Source: Mobula birostris
Taxonomy: Eukaryota
NCBI RefSeq assembly: GCF_030028105.1
Contig: NC_092397.1
Location: 35,803,097-35,867,096, forward strand
DNA length: 64,000 nt
Reading direction: 5' to 3'
Both the position numbers and the translations under genes were made by a program. How positions within the stretch are numbered: the stretch's first letter is position 1; the number at the start of each line of letters is the position of its first letter. Below are positions 13,099 through 24,089 of the stretch, one piece after another. The notes under the pieces are model-generated. The model saw only the letters and a program-made list of their open reading frames with translations. It searched no databases and was not told where the DNA came from.

Positions 13099-13224
13099 TG
13101 AACCTGCTGTCAATGGAATTGACATATTTCATCAGCTGTCTGCTGTTTGCAGCTATAGTTAAGGAAAGGGTTTGGGATTACTCTTTCACAGTTGCACTCA
13201 GCCATATCCTGCTGACTTCAGCAG
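13099..13224 (+). CDS. TMEM244: TMEM244-like, internal coding exon (126 bp, phase 1-1)
   Basis: ctttcttcactctcctag| ... |gtaaga; translates (V)NLLSMELTYFISCLLFAAIVKERVWDYSFTVALSHILLTSA, aligning with my recollection of human TMEM244 VLLVSTEVTYFVCGLFFVPVVEEWVWDYAISVTILHVAITST. Confidence 0.88.
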
Positions 13225-14114
13225 GTAAGAACTCCGATTTAATCATATCATGAATTGGAATATGAGAGTCATTTTATATCGGCTTTAAATACTATTGTTT
13301 TCCTCAGTATCAATTATTCTAATTGTTCTTTGTTTCACTGGTTAGTATATCCTGGGCCACTGAGGTGGGGACCAAGAAATTCTCCATCAGTTCACGTGCC
13401 TATGAAGTATATCTGCCAGGGTTTATGCAGAACCAGACAGAGGTGGCAACATGTGGCTTGGTGTAAAGGCTGTACTTCTGCATCAATGGTCTCGAGTAAT
13501 AAGTCAGAAAACATGAGAAGCTGGGGTTATTCTCCTTAAAGCAATGAAGGTTGAGAGTTGATTTGATAGAGATGTACGGGTCTGTCACTAGTCAGGTTAA
13601 GCAGATGGGGGTGGGGGACGTGTGAAGGGGGTTTCAAGGTCACGTGTAGAAGGAGATAGACGGAAAAACATTTCATGCAGAATACTTACAACTTTGAACT
13701 CATCAGCTGTCAACGTGGTAAGAAACCATTTTCAAAAAGGAACTGGATAGGCAGAAAGGAAAATAATTGCCTGGAGTTTGGGAAAGGACTACGGGCTGCT
13801 CTTCTGGGTACTGGTGGTGGGTAAATGGTTGTCCTCTACTCTGTGATTTGAATGAAAAGATGAGAACTATAAGATCAACATTTATTTACCTATTTCTGTA
13901 TTCAGTAATGCTACACATTACTGTTCTTCATGGGCCTTAATTCAGAAAAAAGGGAACCCAATGAAAAACGTAATATTTAATCTTTGTTATTGACAGCAAA
14001 ACCCCAACTTTGTTGGAAGTAGAAGTCTGCTGCGCCAAACCATCATGGCTGATGTATCATCCCTCTCAATCCCATTTATTTATTTACTCATATCTGTGTT
14101 TTTTTGTTTGTTTA

Positions 14115-14394
14115 TTTATTGATATACAGCGTGGAGTAGGCCTTTCCAGCCCTTCGAACCGCGCCACCCAGCAATCTCCCAATTTAATCCCAGTCTAATC
14201 ACAGCTCAATTTACAATGACCAGTTAATCTACTAATCGGTACAACTTTGGACTGTGGGAGAAAACCAGAGCACCCGGAGGAAACCCACGCGGTCACGGGG
14301 GGAACGTACAAACTCCTTACAGGCAGCGTCGGGAATTAAACCCAGGTTGATGTTACTGTAAAACTTTTCCTAGCCACTATGCTACCGTGCTGCC
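14115..14394 (-). mobile_element. tRNA-derived SINE (HE1/V-SINE-like), intronic
   Basis: Core ccagagcacccggaggaaacccacgcggtcacgggg..aacgtacaaactcc, with a tRNA-like head (gggaattaaaccc; ccactatgctaccgtgctgcc) on the minus strand. Confidence 0.75.
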
Positions 14395-14631
14395 GCATTC
14401 TCCTACCTTCTCCCCGTAACCTTCAACGCCCTTACTAATCAAGAACTTATCAACCTCTGCTTTAAACAGACCCAGTGACTTGGCCTCCACAGCCATCTGT
14501 GGCAGTGAATTCCAAAGATTCACCATCCTCTGGCTAAAGAAATTCCTCCTCGTTTTGCTTGTTTTAAGAATCTTATGTCAAGGCGTGAAACACTGCAAAG
14601 TCATTAAATTCGGGTTTCATTTCATTTCCAG

Positions 14632-14676
14632 TGATGGTCGAATTTCCTCTAGTATGGCAGTGGTGGTTGGCATTGG
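14632..14676 (+). CDS. TMEM244: TMEM244-like, 45-bp coding exon (phase 1-1)
   Basis: ttcatttcatttccag| ... |gtgagt; translates (V)MVEFPLVWQWWLAL(G), compare human VMLEFPLTSHWWAALG. Confidence 0.88.
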
Positions 14677-15689
14677 GTGAGTCTGAGTAGATTTTCTTCA
14701 AAAATGTTATAAAAATGCTGTGGATTCTTTATTCAATTCACCTCTGAATAGTTAAATCAGACTCTACTGGACAATGAGCACTAGATTTCTTTTTGCAGCT
14801 TAACAGAGATACAATGCTGAAATGATGTTATCATAGTTAGTCATAGAGTCAGGCCCTTTGGCCTAAATTGTCTATGCTGACCATGTCATACAGCAATCTA
14901 CTCTCATCTGCTCATGTTTGGATCACAGCTCTTTAAACCTCTCTAATCCATGTGCTTGATGGTTTTTAAATGTTCAATGGTTCAGTTTAATATCAGAGGA
15001 TGTATACAGTATACAACTTGAAATTCTTATTCTTCACAGACTTCCACCAAACAGTACTCTAGTAATTTTATATTTTGTGCTATACTGCTGCAAAAAAAAA
15101 AATAATAATTTCATGGCATATGTGAGTGGTGATAAACCTATGGGTCTCTATTGTGGACTGAGAGTGGGAAGGGAGCAGGGAGAGGAGAATCATGGTTGGG
15201 AAAGGGGAAGGGAGTAGGAAGCACCAGCGAGACATTCTGAAATGATTAATAAACCAATTGTTTGGCATCAAATGTCCTTGCCTGTTGTCTCAGGGCTGGG
15301 TGTATCTGCACCTACAGCAAACCCCCACCCCTGGCACTCCTCTGCTTCCACCTGTCCCACGGCGCTCCACGCTCACTATTCCCAACATCCTTTGCTTCTG
15401 CCAGAGTTGCAAACTCGCTCTCTGCTCCACATTGGCAAGTACAGCACCGTGCAAAAGCCTTAGCTGTGTATGTGTGCCTAAGACTTTTGCACTGTACTGT
15501 ATCTGGCAGCTCATCCCAAATACATACACACCGCCCTTTGCACTGAGAAGCTGCCCCTGATGTCCCTTTTAAATTTCTGATGCCTGATCTTCAACCTATT
15601 CCATCTTATAAAGTATTGTAAGACCATCTGTACAGTTCATAGACCATGGTGATAGTTATGAGTTTTAACGACTGTGATTCTTCTTTTAG

Positions 15690-15781
15690 GTGTCGGTTTG
15701 TTGCTGATGATTGGTGATGGACAGTTGGTTGCACATTTCGTTTGCCGGAATAACCCCAGTTACTCTTCAGTCAATGTTTGA
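15690..15781 (+). CDS. TMEM244: TMEM244-like, terminal coding exon
   Basis: gattcttcttttag| acceptor; phase-compatible (G)VGLLLMIGDGQLVAHFVCRNNPSYSSVNV*, TGA at 15779-15781; AT-rich 3' region with ATTAAA (~16402) and AATAAA (~16833). Confidence 0.8.
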
Positions 15782-16514
15782 GAGAGAATGGAGGAAACAT
15801 GGCTGCAGACATCAAGGAACTAAAGAGAGCTCTACGACTGTGTGGACTGATACCGTATCTGTATTCACTTTAGTAAAAAAAAAAGTCGCGCTTCTTCAGC
15901 GATATCATATGCTTGAAATGCAGACCCTACATTTTATCAGTGAGACGGGATATTTTGTAGCAAGAAAATTATGAAAATCGGGGAACTGAAACAAGAGATT
16001 AATTTTATAATTTCATTCCCCTGCGTTGTTCCAATGTTTAATTGTTCCCACTTTCCCTCTTGAAAAGTGATGAGTTTGGAGATAATTTTAATTTGGCCCA
16101 AACTTATGTGCAGTTGGAACGGCTTGAAAAAGTTTGGTTTCAACATGCTCTTGATAAGGATTGCTGGAACAGAATTATCTCCAGTATAAGTTGAGACCTT
16201 GTAAAATGTGCTCCAGTCAGGCCTGCTTTTGTTCAGTTTGACTGTGCCATGTTGACGTGAAAACAAACTTGTGAAACTTTTAAACAGTGAGCACGAAAAT
16301 AATTGGTTTATTCAGATTTTCTTTTTATGTGTAGTGTATTCATAGTTGTAAGGTAGAATTTAAAATACTCCCCAGAAGTGTTTACAGTATTCATGTAAAA
16401 TATTAAACTTTATTTCTATTTTGATGCAGAGTTTATAAACATTTATTTTAATAATTATAATAAACATATACATATGTACATAATTATTTCTATTTTGTAT
16501 TATTTTATTTAGCG

Positions 16515-16805
16515 ATACTGTATAGTACAGATTGGGCCCTTCCAGCCCAACAAGTTACACCACCCAGCAACTCACCTATTCAACAGTAGCCTAATCACAG
16601 AACACTTTACAATGACCAATTAACCGATGGACCGGTACGTCTTTGGGATGTGGGAGGAAACCGGAGCACCTGGAGGAAACCCACGTGGTCCCGGAGAGAA
16701 TGTACAAACTCCTTGCAGAAGGCGCTGGAATTGAACTCCCAACTCTGGAACACCCTGAACTGTGATAGCATTGTGCTAACTGCTACACCACCATGGTGCC
16801 TGCCC
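16515..16805 (-). mobile_element. tRNA-derived SINE (HE1/V-SINE-like)
   Basis: Homologous to 14115-14394 (ggaaaccggagcacctggaggaaacccacgtggtc..tgtacaaactcc). Confidence 0.75.
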
Positions 16806-16899
16806 TTCAACCCTTGTAACTTCAAATTTTAAAATAAATAAAATACTACGCATTGCCGGTTTCTATATGGTGAAATTTAATCTACAAAGTTCGCAAATA

Positions 16900-17372
16900 A
16901 GGTTGAAAGAGTACAGAAAAAAATTTACAAAGATGTTGCCAGAACTGAAAGACCTGAGTTATAAGGAAAGATTGAACAGGTGAGGACTTTATTCCTTAGA
17001 AGGTAGAAGACTGAGAGGAGATTTGATAGAGGTTTACAAAATTCTGAGGGGTATAGATAGGATAAATGTAAGCAGGCGTTTTCCACAGAGGTTGGATGGG
17101 ACTACAACTAGAGGTCATGGTTTAAGGGTGAAAGGTGAAAAGTTTAAGGGGAACATAAGGGGAAACGTCTTCACTCAGAGGGTTGTGAGTGTGTGGAATG
17201 AGCTGCCAGAGCAGGTGGTGCATGTGAGCTCGATTTCAATATTTAAGAGAAGTTTGGATAGGTACATAGGTAACAGGGGTATGCAGGGCTATGGTCCCGG
17301 TGCAGGTTGATGGGAGTAGGGAGTTCAAACAGTTCGACATGGATTAGATGGGCCAAAGGGCCTTTTCTGTGC
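16900..17372 (+). mobile_element. CR1 LINE 3' end
   Basis: LIEVYKILRGIDR..TRGHGL..FTQRVVSVWNELP; 3' UTR gggccaaagggcc. Confidence 0.88.
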
Positions 17373-17619
17373 CACTAAGACCCCTTCAATTTAAAGATTT
17401 TATTGAAATAGGCATGGATGAAATGCTTGCCTCCCATGGGTCTGCAAAATTCCCATTTACAGCATCTGGCTTACTCATTTGTCTGGAGTTTGAGATATCG
17501 TCTCAAATATAAGCAGGGTGTACAGACGGAACCGGGGAGTAGGCTAAGTATTCGGCGGAGCTGTGGTCCAGGTCAAGAACGCCAATGGTCAGGAACATGG
17601 GTAGATTACAGCTGGAGCT

Positions 17620-18975
17620 AAGGTCCAAAGTGCACCAACTGCGACTCCAGCCTTGAACTCCAGGCCGGGTCTTTATGTGCTGCTACTGTGACTCCCGTCT
17701 CCCTTTCCCCCACCGCCACTCTGCAACCCCCGTCACCCTCAGATCCCACCGTCAGCTCCTGGGCCCTCAGAGGCTCCATCTTCCTCTCACCCCAACCCTC
17801 CCCTCTCCACTGACACCCCTAGCCTCCTCCTCCCCACTCTGATCCCAGCTCTCATCCGTGCCGGGTCTTTACCATCCCCTCTGACCTTCAACTGTCTGAG
17901 GTAGAATGCTCTATCCTCAGTAAGGGCCTCACCTTTGTCCCCCTTCGCCCATACCTCAGCGAGTTGCGCGTTCGCCATGATACGGAACTCTTCTTCCGCC
18001 ATCTCCGTCTCCAAGCCTACTTCTTCAGCAAGGACTCTTCCACCCTCACTGATGACCCCTTCTCCCGTCTTCAACCCACCTCCTCTTCATGGACACCCCG
18101 CACTGGTCTTCAGACTGCTCTGGATCTCTTTATTGCTAACTGCTGACGGGACATCAACTGTCTCGACTTCACCGCACCTTGTTCCCATTCGAACCTTACT
18201 CCTTCCGAACGCTCTGCTCTCCACTCCCTCCAAACTAATCCTAACCTTACTATCAAACTCACTGATAAGGGGGGTGCTGTTGTAGTCTGGCGTACTGACC
18301 TCTACCCTGCAGAGGCACAGCGATAACTTGCGGATACCTCCTCTTATTTACCCCTCAATCGTGACTCCACTAAGGAGCACCAGGCCATTGTCTCCCACAC
18401 CATCACCGACTTTATCCGCTCAGGAGATCTCCCATCCACTGCTACCAACCTTATAGTTCCCACACCTCGCACTTCCCATTTTTACCTCCTACCCAAGATC
18501 CACAGACCTGCCTGTCCTCGCAGACCTATTGTCTCAGCTTGCTCCTGCCCCACTGAACTTGTTTCTGCATACCTCGACACGGTTTTATCCCCCCTTGTTC
18601 AATCCCTTCCTACCTATGTTTGTGACGCTTCTCACGCTCTGATACTTTTCGATGATTTTAAGTTCCCTGGCCCCCACCGCTTTATTTTCACCATGGATGT
18701 CCAGTCCCTATATACTTCTATTCCCCATCAGGAAGGTCTCAAAGCTCTCCATTTCTTTTTGGATTCCAGACCTCAGCAGTTCCCCTCTACCACCACTCTG
18801 CTCCGTCTAGCAGAATTAGTCCTTACTCTTAATAATTTCTCCTTTGGCTCCTGGCACTTCCTCCAGACTGTACCTCTTCCTACAGATGCTGCCTGGCCTG
18901 CTGTGTTCACCAGCAACTTTGATGTGTGTTGCTTGAATTTCCAGCATCTGCAGAATTCCTCGTGTTTGCGTCTCT
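17620..18975 (+). mobile_element. Penelope-like element (degenerate RT) joined to its terminal repeat
   Basis: ELFFRHLRLQAYF, DKGGAVVVW, YLLPKIH..RPIVS, MDVQSLYTSIPH, LVLTLNNFSF; RT breaks at ~18865 into the pLTR gactgtacctcttcctacagatgctgcctggcc. Confidence 0.88.
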
Positions 18976-19484
18976 AGGAAGAGGTGCAGTTGACATTTCA
19001 GGCCAAGACCCTAACAGAAGTATTTCTTTTAAAAACAGCGAGTTTGAAAATTTATGTTTTCTGCTGAGATCGCATCTGGAATATCATGCACGTGTGTGGT
19101 CTTCCTAACTGAGCAAAGATATGCTTGTGTATTGCAGCTGAGTTCAACGGGTTGTTTATTAGTGGAGCTTTGAAACGGGCACAAGGGAATGATGTTTCTC
19201 ATGTTCGACTATATACACACAGTGGCCTCTTTATTAGGTACACCTACTCATTAATGCAAATATCCTCAGCAGCCAATCAAGTGGCAGCAACTCAATACAT
19301 AATTATTACACATTATTATTGCAAATTATTGCACATTGGTAAATTATTGTGCATGTTATTATTCTGTACTTTATTATTAGTTAAGTCTGCACACTGCTAA
19401 ATGTGTCTTTAAATGTTGCTGCTGTAATGAAAGAATTCCCTACTAGGGATCAATGAAGTACTTATTATTATTATTACAATGAAA

Positions 19485-19790
19485 GCTCAACATCAGGCTC
19501 TTGAATAAAAGAGGATAACTACACTCACTTGCCCCATCATTGAAATGTTCCCACAACCAATGACCTCACCTTAAGGACTCTTTATCTCATGCTCTTGTTA
19601 TTTATTGCTATTTATTTATATCTGTATTTGCAGAGTTTGTTGTCTTCTGCACTCTAGTTGACCTTTCATTGATCCTGTTATAGTTACCATTCTATAGATT
19701 TGCTGAGTATGCCCAATGGAAAGTGAATCTCATGGTTGTATATGGTGATATGCATGTAGTTTGATAATAAAATTTACTTTGAACTTTGAA
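19485..19790 (+). mobile_element. Rex1-type LINE 3' UTR fragment
   Basis: catcaggctcttgaataaaagaggataa...gataataaaatttactttgaactttgaa resembles the 3' end at 26110-26362. Confidence 0.6.
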
Positions 19791-20877
19791 AGGAATCAAG
19801 GGATGCAAGACTTGTGAATAGATTAGAAAGAGATCAACAAATTCTGAATTACAGAGAAGGCCCACAGAGCTGAATGGCCTAACTCTTGCTTCTATTTATG
19901 TACATAATAAACCCAAAATTTATACAGAGCTTGAGTTGAGACTGTGTTGCTGCCTGCCACTCAGAAGCATCGGAGTTGGTACGTGAAAGATTGTCATGGT
20001 TATTTCACTCGCGATTTTGGTTATTTCACTTGCAATCGCAAGACTCTTTTGCAGAGTGATAGTGTAAGTTGCCGCAGGCCTGTTACACTTGTCTGGTGGT
20101 GCGATAGTAGAAGCCACGTAGCCCCGATTGTAGCGGGGACGAGTCCTCAAGCCGCGGGCTTGCCTGCAGCTGCAGGTCAGGTGAGGGACGCTGGAGGCGG
20201 TGCAACGTGGCATCCGCGCTCAGCAGGGGGCTGGCCTCTCCCGTTGGTGCTGCCCTCTCCTGTTCGAGTGGTGGAACAACAGTCTGGACTGCACGTGTCT
20301 GCACACTGCCAGGAGATTGTACCATTGATTGCAGGACAGGTCACTGAGGGTCTTGGACTACATATATGTTCTTATCCCACGTGAAGAGGCTTCTCTACTC
20401 GCTTTTTTGAATGCACTATGTTGTTCGTTCTGCACCGTGTCCCCCGAGGGACGCTGCCTCATTCGCCCTATCTATTATGGCTGAATGATAATTAAACTTG
20501 ATTTGATTTGTATCTCACTCTGCTGACAGGATAAAGCAAACAGGGAGAAAGAAAGTGACACAACTTACATGACACAAAGTAAGGCTTTCATTGTACAGAT
20601 CCAGTCAATTTCCCATTCTTACAGATATGGTAAAAAGTTTATATTTCAGACTGGATGGAATAAAGCTAAAAATAAACTATCCTTCCTGTTCTTTCTGAAA
20701 CTATCTGATTTCTAAATCTATCTAGATTATTTACAAATTAACAAAATGACATCACATGATTAGAATCTCTTTGCTTGATATAAATGATGTGGTAGCAGCT
20801 TTGAGGGCCACTTGATAGTCCTGAAATCGAACCTTAGTGCAGACTGGCACCTTCAGCTTCCCTGCTTGAATGAAGCT

Positions 20878-21012
20878 GCACAAATGGGAGATCATTTCCC
20901 GCAGCAAACCTGGCAAAATGGGAGATCATTTCCTGCAGCAAACCTGGCAAAATGGGAGATCATTTCCTGCAGCAAATCTGGCAAAGTGGGAGATCATTTC
21001 CTGGAGCAAACC
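20878..21012. repeat. 34-bp minisatellite, ~4 copies
   Basis: Unit aaatgggagatcatttcctgcagcaaacctggca; period 34 (20885, 20919, 20953, 20987). Confidence 0.92.
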
Positions 21013-21199
21013 ACAGACATCCCACCCTGCAAAAACTCATTTCAGGGAGGTATCACCACCATTTCAGGGAGGTAGCTCCCCCGCCCCCTGCAACACCATA
21101 TTCCCCCCTCCCGCCCGTCGACCTCCAACTGTGTATGTAATACTTTGTTTAGTGATTTTGTCTAATCTGTAAACCAAGTTGGGTATACTAGTGCACAGA

Positions 21200-22060
21200 G
21201 TCTTTTCATCTTCAGAAGTTTTCTGATGACTCTGCCATAGTTGGATGCATCAGCAAGGGAGATGAGGCTGAGTACAGGGCTACGGTAGGAAACTTTGTCA
21301 CATGGTGTGAGCAGAATGATCTGCAGCTTAATGTGAAAAAGACTAAGGAGCTGGTGGTAGACGTGAGGAGGGCTAATGGACCGGTGACCCCTGTTTCCAT
21401 CCAGGGGGTCAGGGCGGACATGGTGGAGGATTACAAATACCTGGGGATACGAATTGACAATAAACTGGACTGGTCAAAGAACACTGAGGCTGTCTACAAG
21501 AAGGGTCAGAGCCATCTCTATTTCCTGAGGAGACTGAGGTCCTTTAACATCTGCCGGACGACGCTGAGGATGTTCTACGAGTCTGTGGTGGCCAGTGCTA
21601 TCATGTTTGCTGTTGTGTGCTGGAGCAACAGGCTGAGGGTAGCAGACACCAACAGAATCAACAAACTCATTCGTAAGGCCAGTGATGTTGTGGGGATGGA
21701 ACTGGACTCTCTGACTGTGGTGTCTGAAAAGAAGATGCTGCCCAAGTTGCATGCCATCTTGGACAACGTCTCCCATCCACTACATAATGTACTGGTTGGG
21801 CACAGGAGTACATTCAGCCAGAGACTCATTCCACTGAGATGCAACACAGAGCGTCATAGGAAGTCATTCCTGCCTGTGGCCATCAAATTTTAGAACTCCT
21901 CCCTTGGAGGGTCAGACACCCTGAGCCAATAGGCTGGTCCTGGACTTATTTCCTGGCATAATTTACATATTACTATTTAACTATTTATTATTTATGGTGC
22001 AACTGTAACGAAAACCAATTTCTCCCAGGATCAATAAAGTATGACTATGACTATGACTAT
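21200..22060 (+). mobile_element. Rex1/Babar LINE 3' portion
   Basis: KFSDDSAIVG, LNVKKTKELVVD, YKYLGI, LYFLRRLRSF; tail tcaataaagtatgactatgactatgactat. Confidence 0.9.
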
Positions 22061-22391
22061 ATGCAGCAAATGTGACATTAAAATATGTGTTATATTATAT
22101 TTTATTATCATGTTTATTCTATTACAACTTTAAGCAAGTCTTCAGGGAGGTTGGCCTCATCACGTAGGACATCAATAGCGTTGTTCCTTAGCAGCTAACC
22201 AGCTAGTTTAAATAACGTTAGCTATGCTGTAATGACACCTGTTAAACTCACCTCAACATGTCTTTTACATTTTAACCCACCATGGGCAGTAGAAAGGTCA
22301 CTGTTGCAAAAGGTGCAGCGAGCAACACTGTCATTATTTTTGAGGTCGACTGTAAAGCCCGCCCACAGAGAAAACTGATAGGTCTACTTAG

Positions 22392-23086
22392 CAGCGGTCC
22401 CCAACATTTTTTGCACCGCAGACCGGTTCAATATTGACAATATTCTTGCGGACCGGCCGACCCGGGGGCGGGGAGCGGGGGGGCGGTGTTAATCACGACC
22501 GGAATATAGGTGATAAGTCAATAGCATCATAACATTTTAAGTAACGTTTGGATATTAAACACACAGCGCATATTTTCCCCGTGTAAACATATAAATTCAT
22601 TGCAACACACCAATATCGCTGAATCAGTGTGAGCCCTGGGCTTGTTTTCCTGCAACAAGACGGTCCCATCGAGGCGTGATGGGAGACAGCGATACTCGAA
22701 GGGGGTTCCTTATGTCCAGTCTATTCCGCAATTTAGTTTTCGTTGCATTCATTGCAGAAAACTCCGCTTCGCAGCGATATGATGTTGGAAATGGACGCAA
22801 CGTTTTCAGTGCTTTCGTGTCTATCTCAGGATAGTAAGCCTTGACTTTGATCCAGAATGCCGGCAGAGATGTTATGTCAAACATACTTTTCAGCCCGCCG
22901 TCACTTACAAGCTCGAGGAGTTGATCTTTTTCCCGCGCTGACATGGATGAGGCGTGCGTAATGACCTCGCGTGCGTTCGAGCTCAACAGTGCGTGACAGG
23001 GAGTGAGAAAAGGTGCAGCTGACTCATATCGTTTCATATCGCCAAATCATATTGTTTCCTCACGGCCCGGTAGTTGGAGACCACTC
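22392..23086 (-). mobile_element. hAT Charlie/Buster deletion derivative retaining the C-terminal dimerisation domain
   Basis: TIRs cagcggtccccaac / gttggagaccact; ORF 22624..23037 FWIKV..YPEI..PFPTSYRCEAEFS..KTKLRNRL..KQAQGSH. Confidence 0.88.
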
Positions 23087-23336
23087 TCAGCACGAAGAGA
23101 GACCAAACAGGATGCTCGCTCTCCCTCTCAAAAAAAAATCTATTTCCGGGATATTGTATATAATTCCCGGGCGTCAGGGAGCCACTATCGATATGCGGGA
23201 GACTCCCGGATCTTCCGGGAGAGGTGGGATGTCTGAAACCTGCCTCAATGACCGGAGGGTGAAGCTGGCTGGAGGCAAGGCCCTTGTGGTTTGGCTTTTG
23301 GGAGGGTCACCCATGCCAAAGTGGGACCCATAGTAA

Positions 23337-23965
23337 TGTGGAGCATAGTAATGGACACTGGATACCCCCCTAATTTTCTTATATTATGTTCATATTATTT
23401 TTAGTGCTTTGGTTTTGTTATTTGGTTCATTGACAATTTGATTAATGTTCAGTGGGTTGGTTGATGGTTACAAGGGGCAAAGCTTATCCAGGCAGTTGAG
23501 GCAGCTGAGGGGTCCCGGGGATGTGATGGAGTGGACGGAGACGGCCCGGCAGCGTGCGTGGAAAGCCGATGCGCTGTGTTCCGGTGTTTCCAGAAAGGAA
23601 AATAAAGACGCTATTTTAAACTTCTGCACGCCTGGAAGTCCCTTTTGTGTGCAACAAATATTTGGTGCCGGAACCCGGGACAATTAACGTCGCTCAGTGT
23701 GGCCACAACGAGGACACGGATCGCGTTTGATGGAGAGCGGGAGCGCGCTTCTTTGGGGGCGCGGCTGCTTCACACATAATGGATCGGGGGGAGTTGGCAG
23801 AGACCTTGTCTCAGAGCCTATGGCTTTTGGAACTGGATCAGCTCAAAGAGGTGTGTGTGGAAGCTAAGATCCCGTGTGAACACGTTACCACAAGGCGAAC
23901 GTTAATTAGACTAATTACTGAATCTAAGGACAATGTAATTAATAATGAAGAGGAGGATATTCCAC
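23337..23965 (+). mobile_element. Gypsy-like LTR retrotransposon 5' stub: LTR (23337-23656), PBS (23663-23680), truncated gag-like ORF (from 23779)
   Basis: TGT...ACA ends with AATAAA at ~23601; PBS tggtgccggaacccggga is a 17/18 match to the complement of the tRNA-Phe 3' end; ORF MDRGELAETLSQSLW..LKEVC. Confidence 0.75.
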
Positions 23966-24089
23966 TATTTGTCTTCTTTTGCACATGATTTGTCTGTCAG
24001 TCTTTGCTGTCTGTAGTTTTCATCAATTCCATTGTATTCATTTTCCTGTAGATATCAGAAAGAAAATGAATCTGAAGTAGTAACCTTTT

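Larger units (their letters stand above)
21014..23235. mobile_element. Non-autonomous DNA transposon with 13-bp TIRs, hosting two nested insertions
   Basis: cagacatcccacc at 21014-21026 and ggtgggatgtctg at 23223-23235; aaacc on both flanks (partial TSD). Confidence 0.65.

Noticed and set aside
14330-14394. tRNA-like A/B-box sequences here and at ~16725-16800
   Set aside because: They are SINE heads, not full cloverleaf tRNA genes.
20878-21012. 34-bp repeats (and the 46-bp repeats at 52700-52890) as a CRISPR-like array
   Set aside because: Head-to-tail units with no unique spacers, no cas genes and a vertebrate context; these are ordinary minisatellites.
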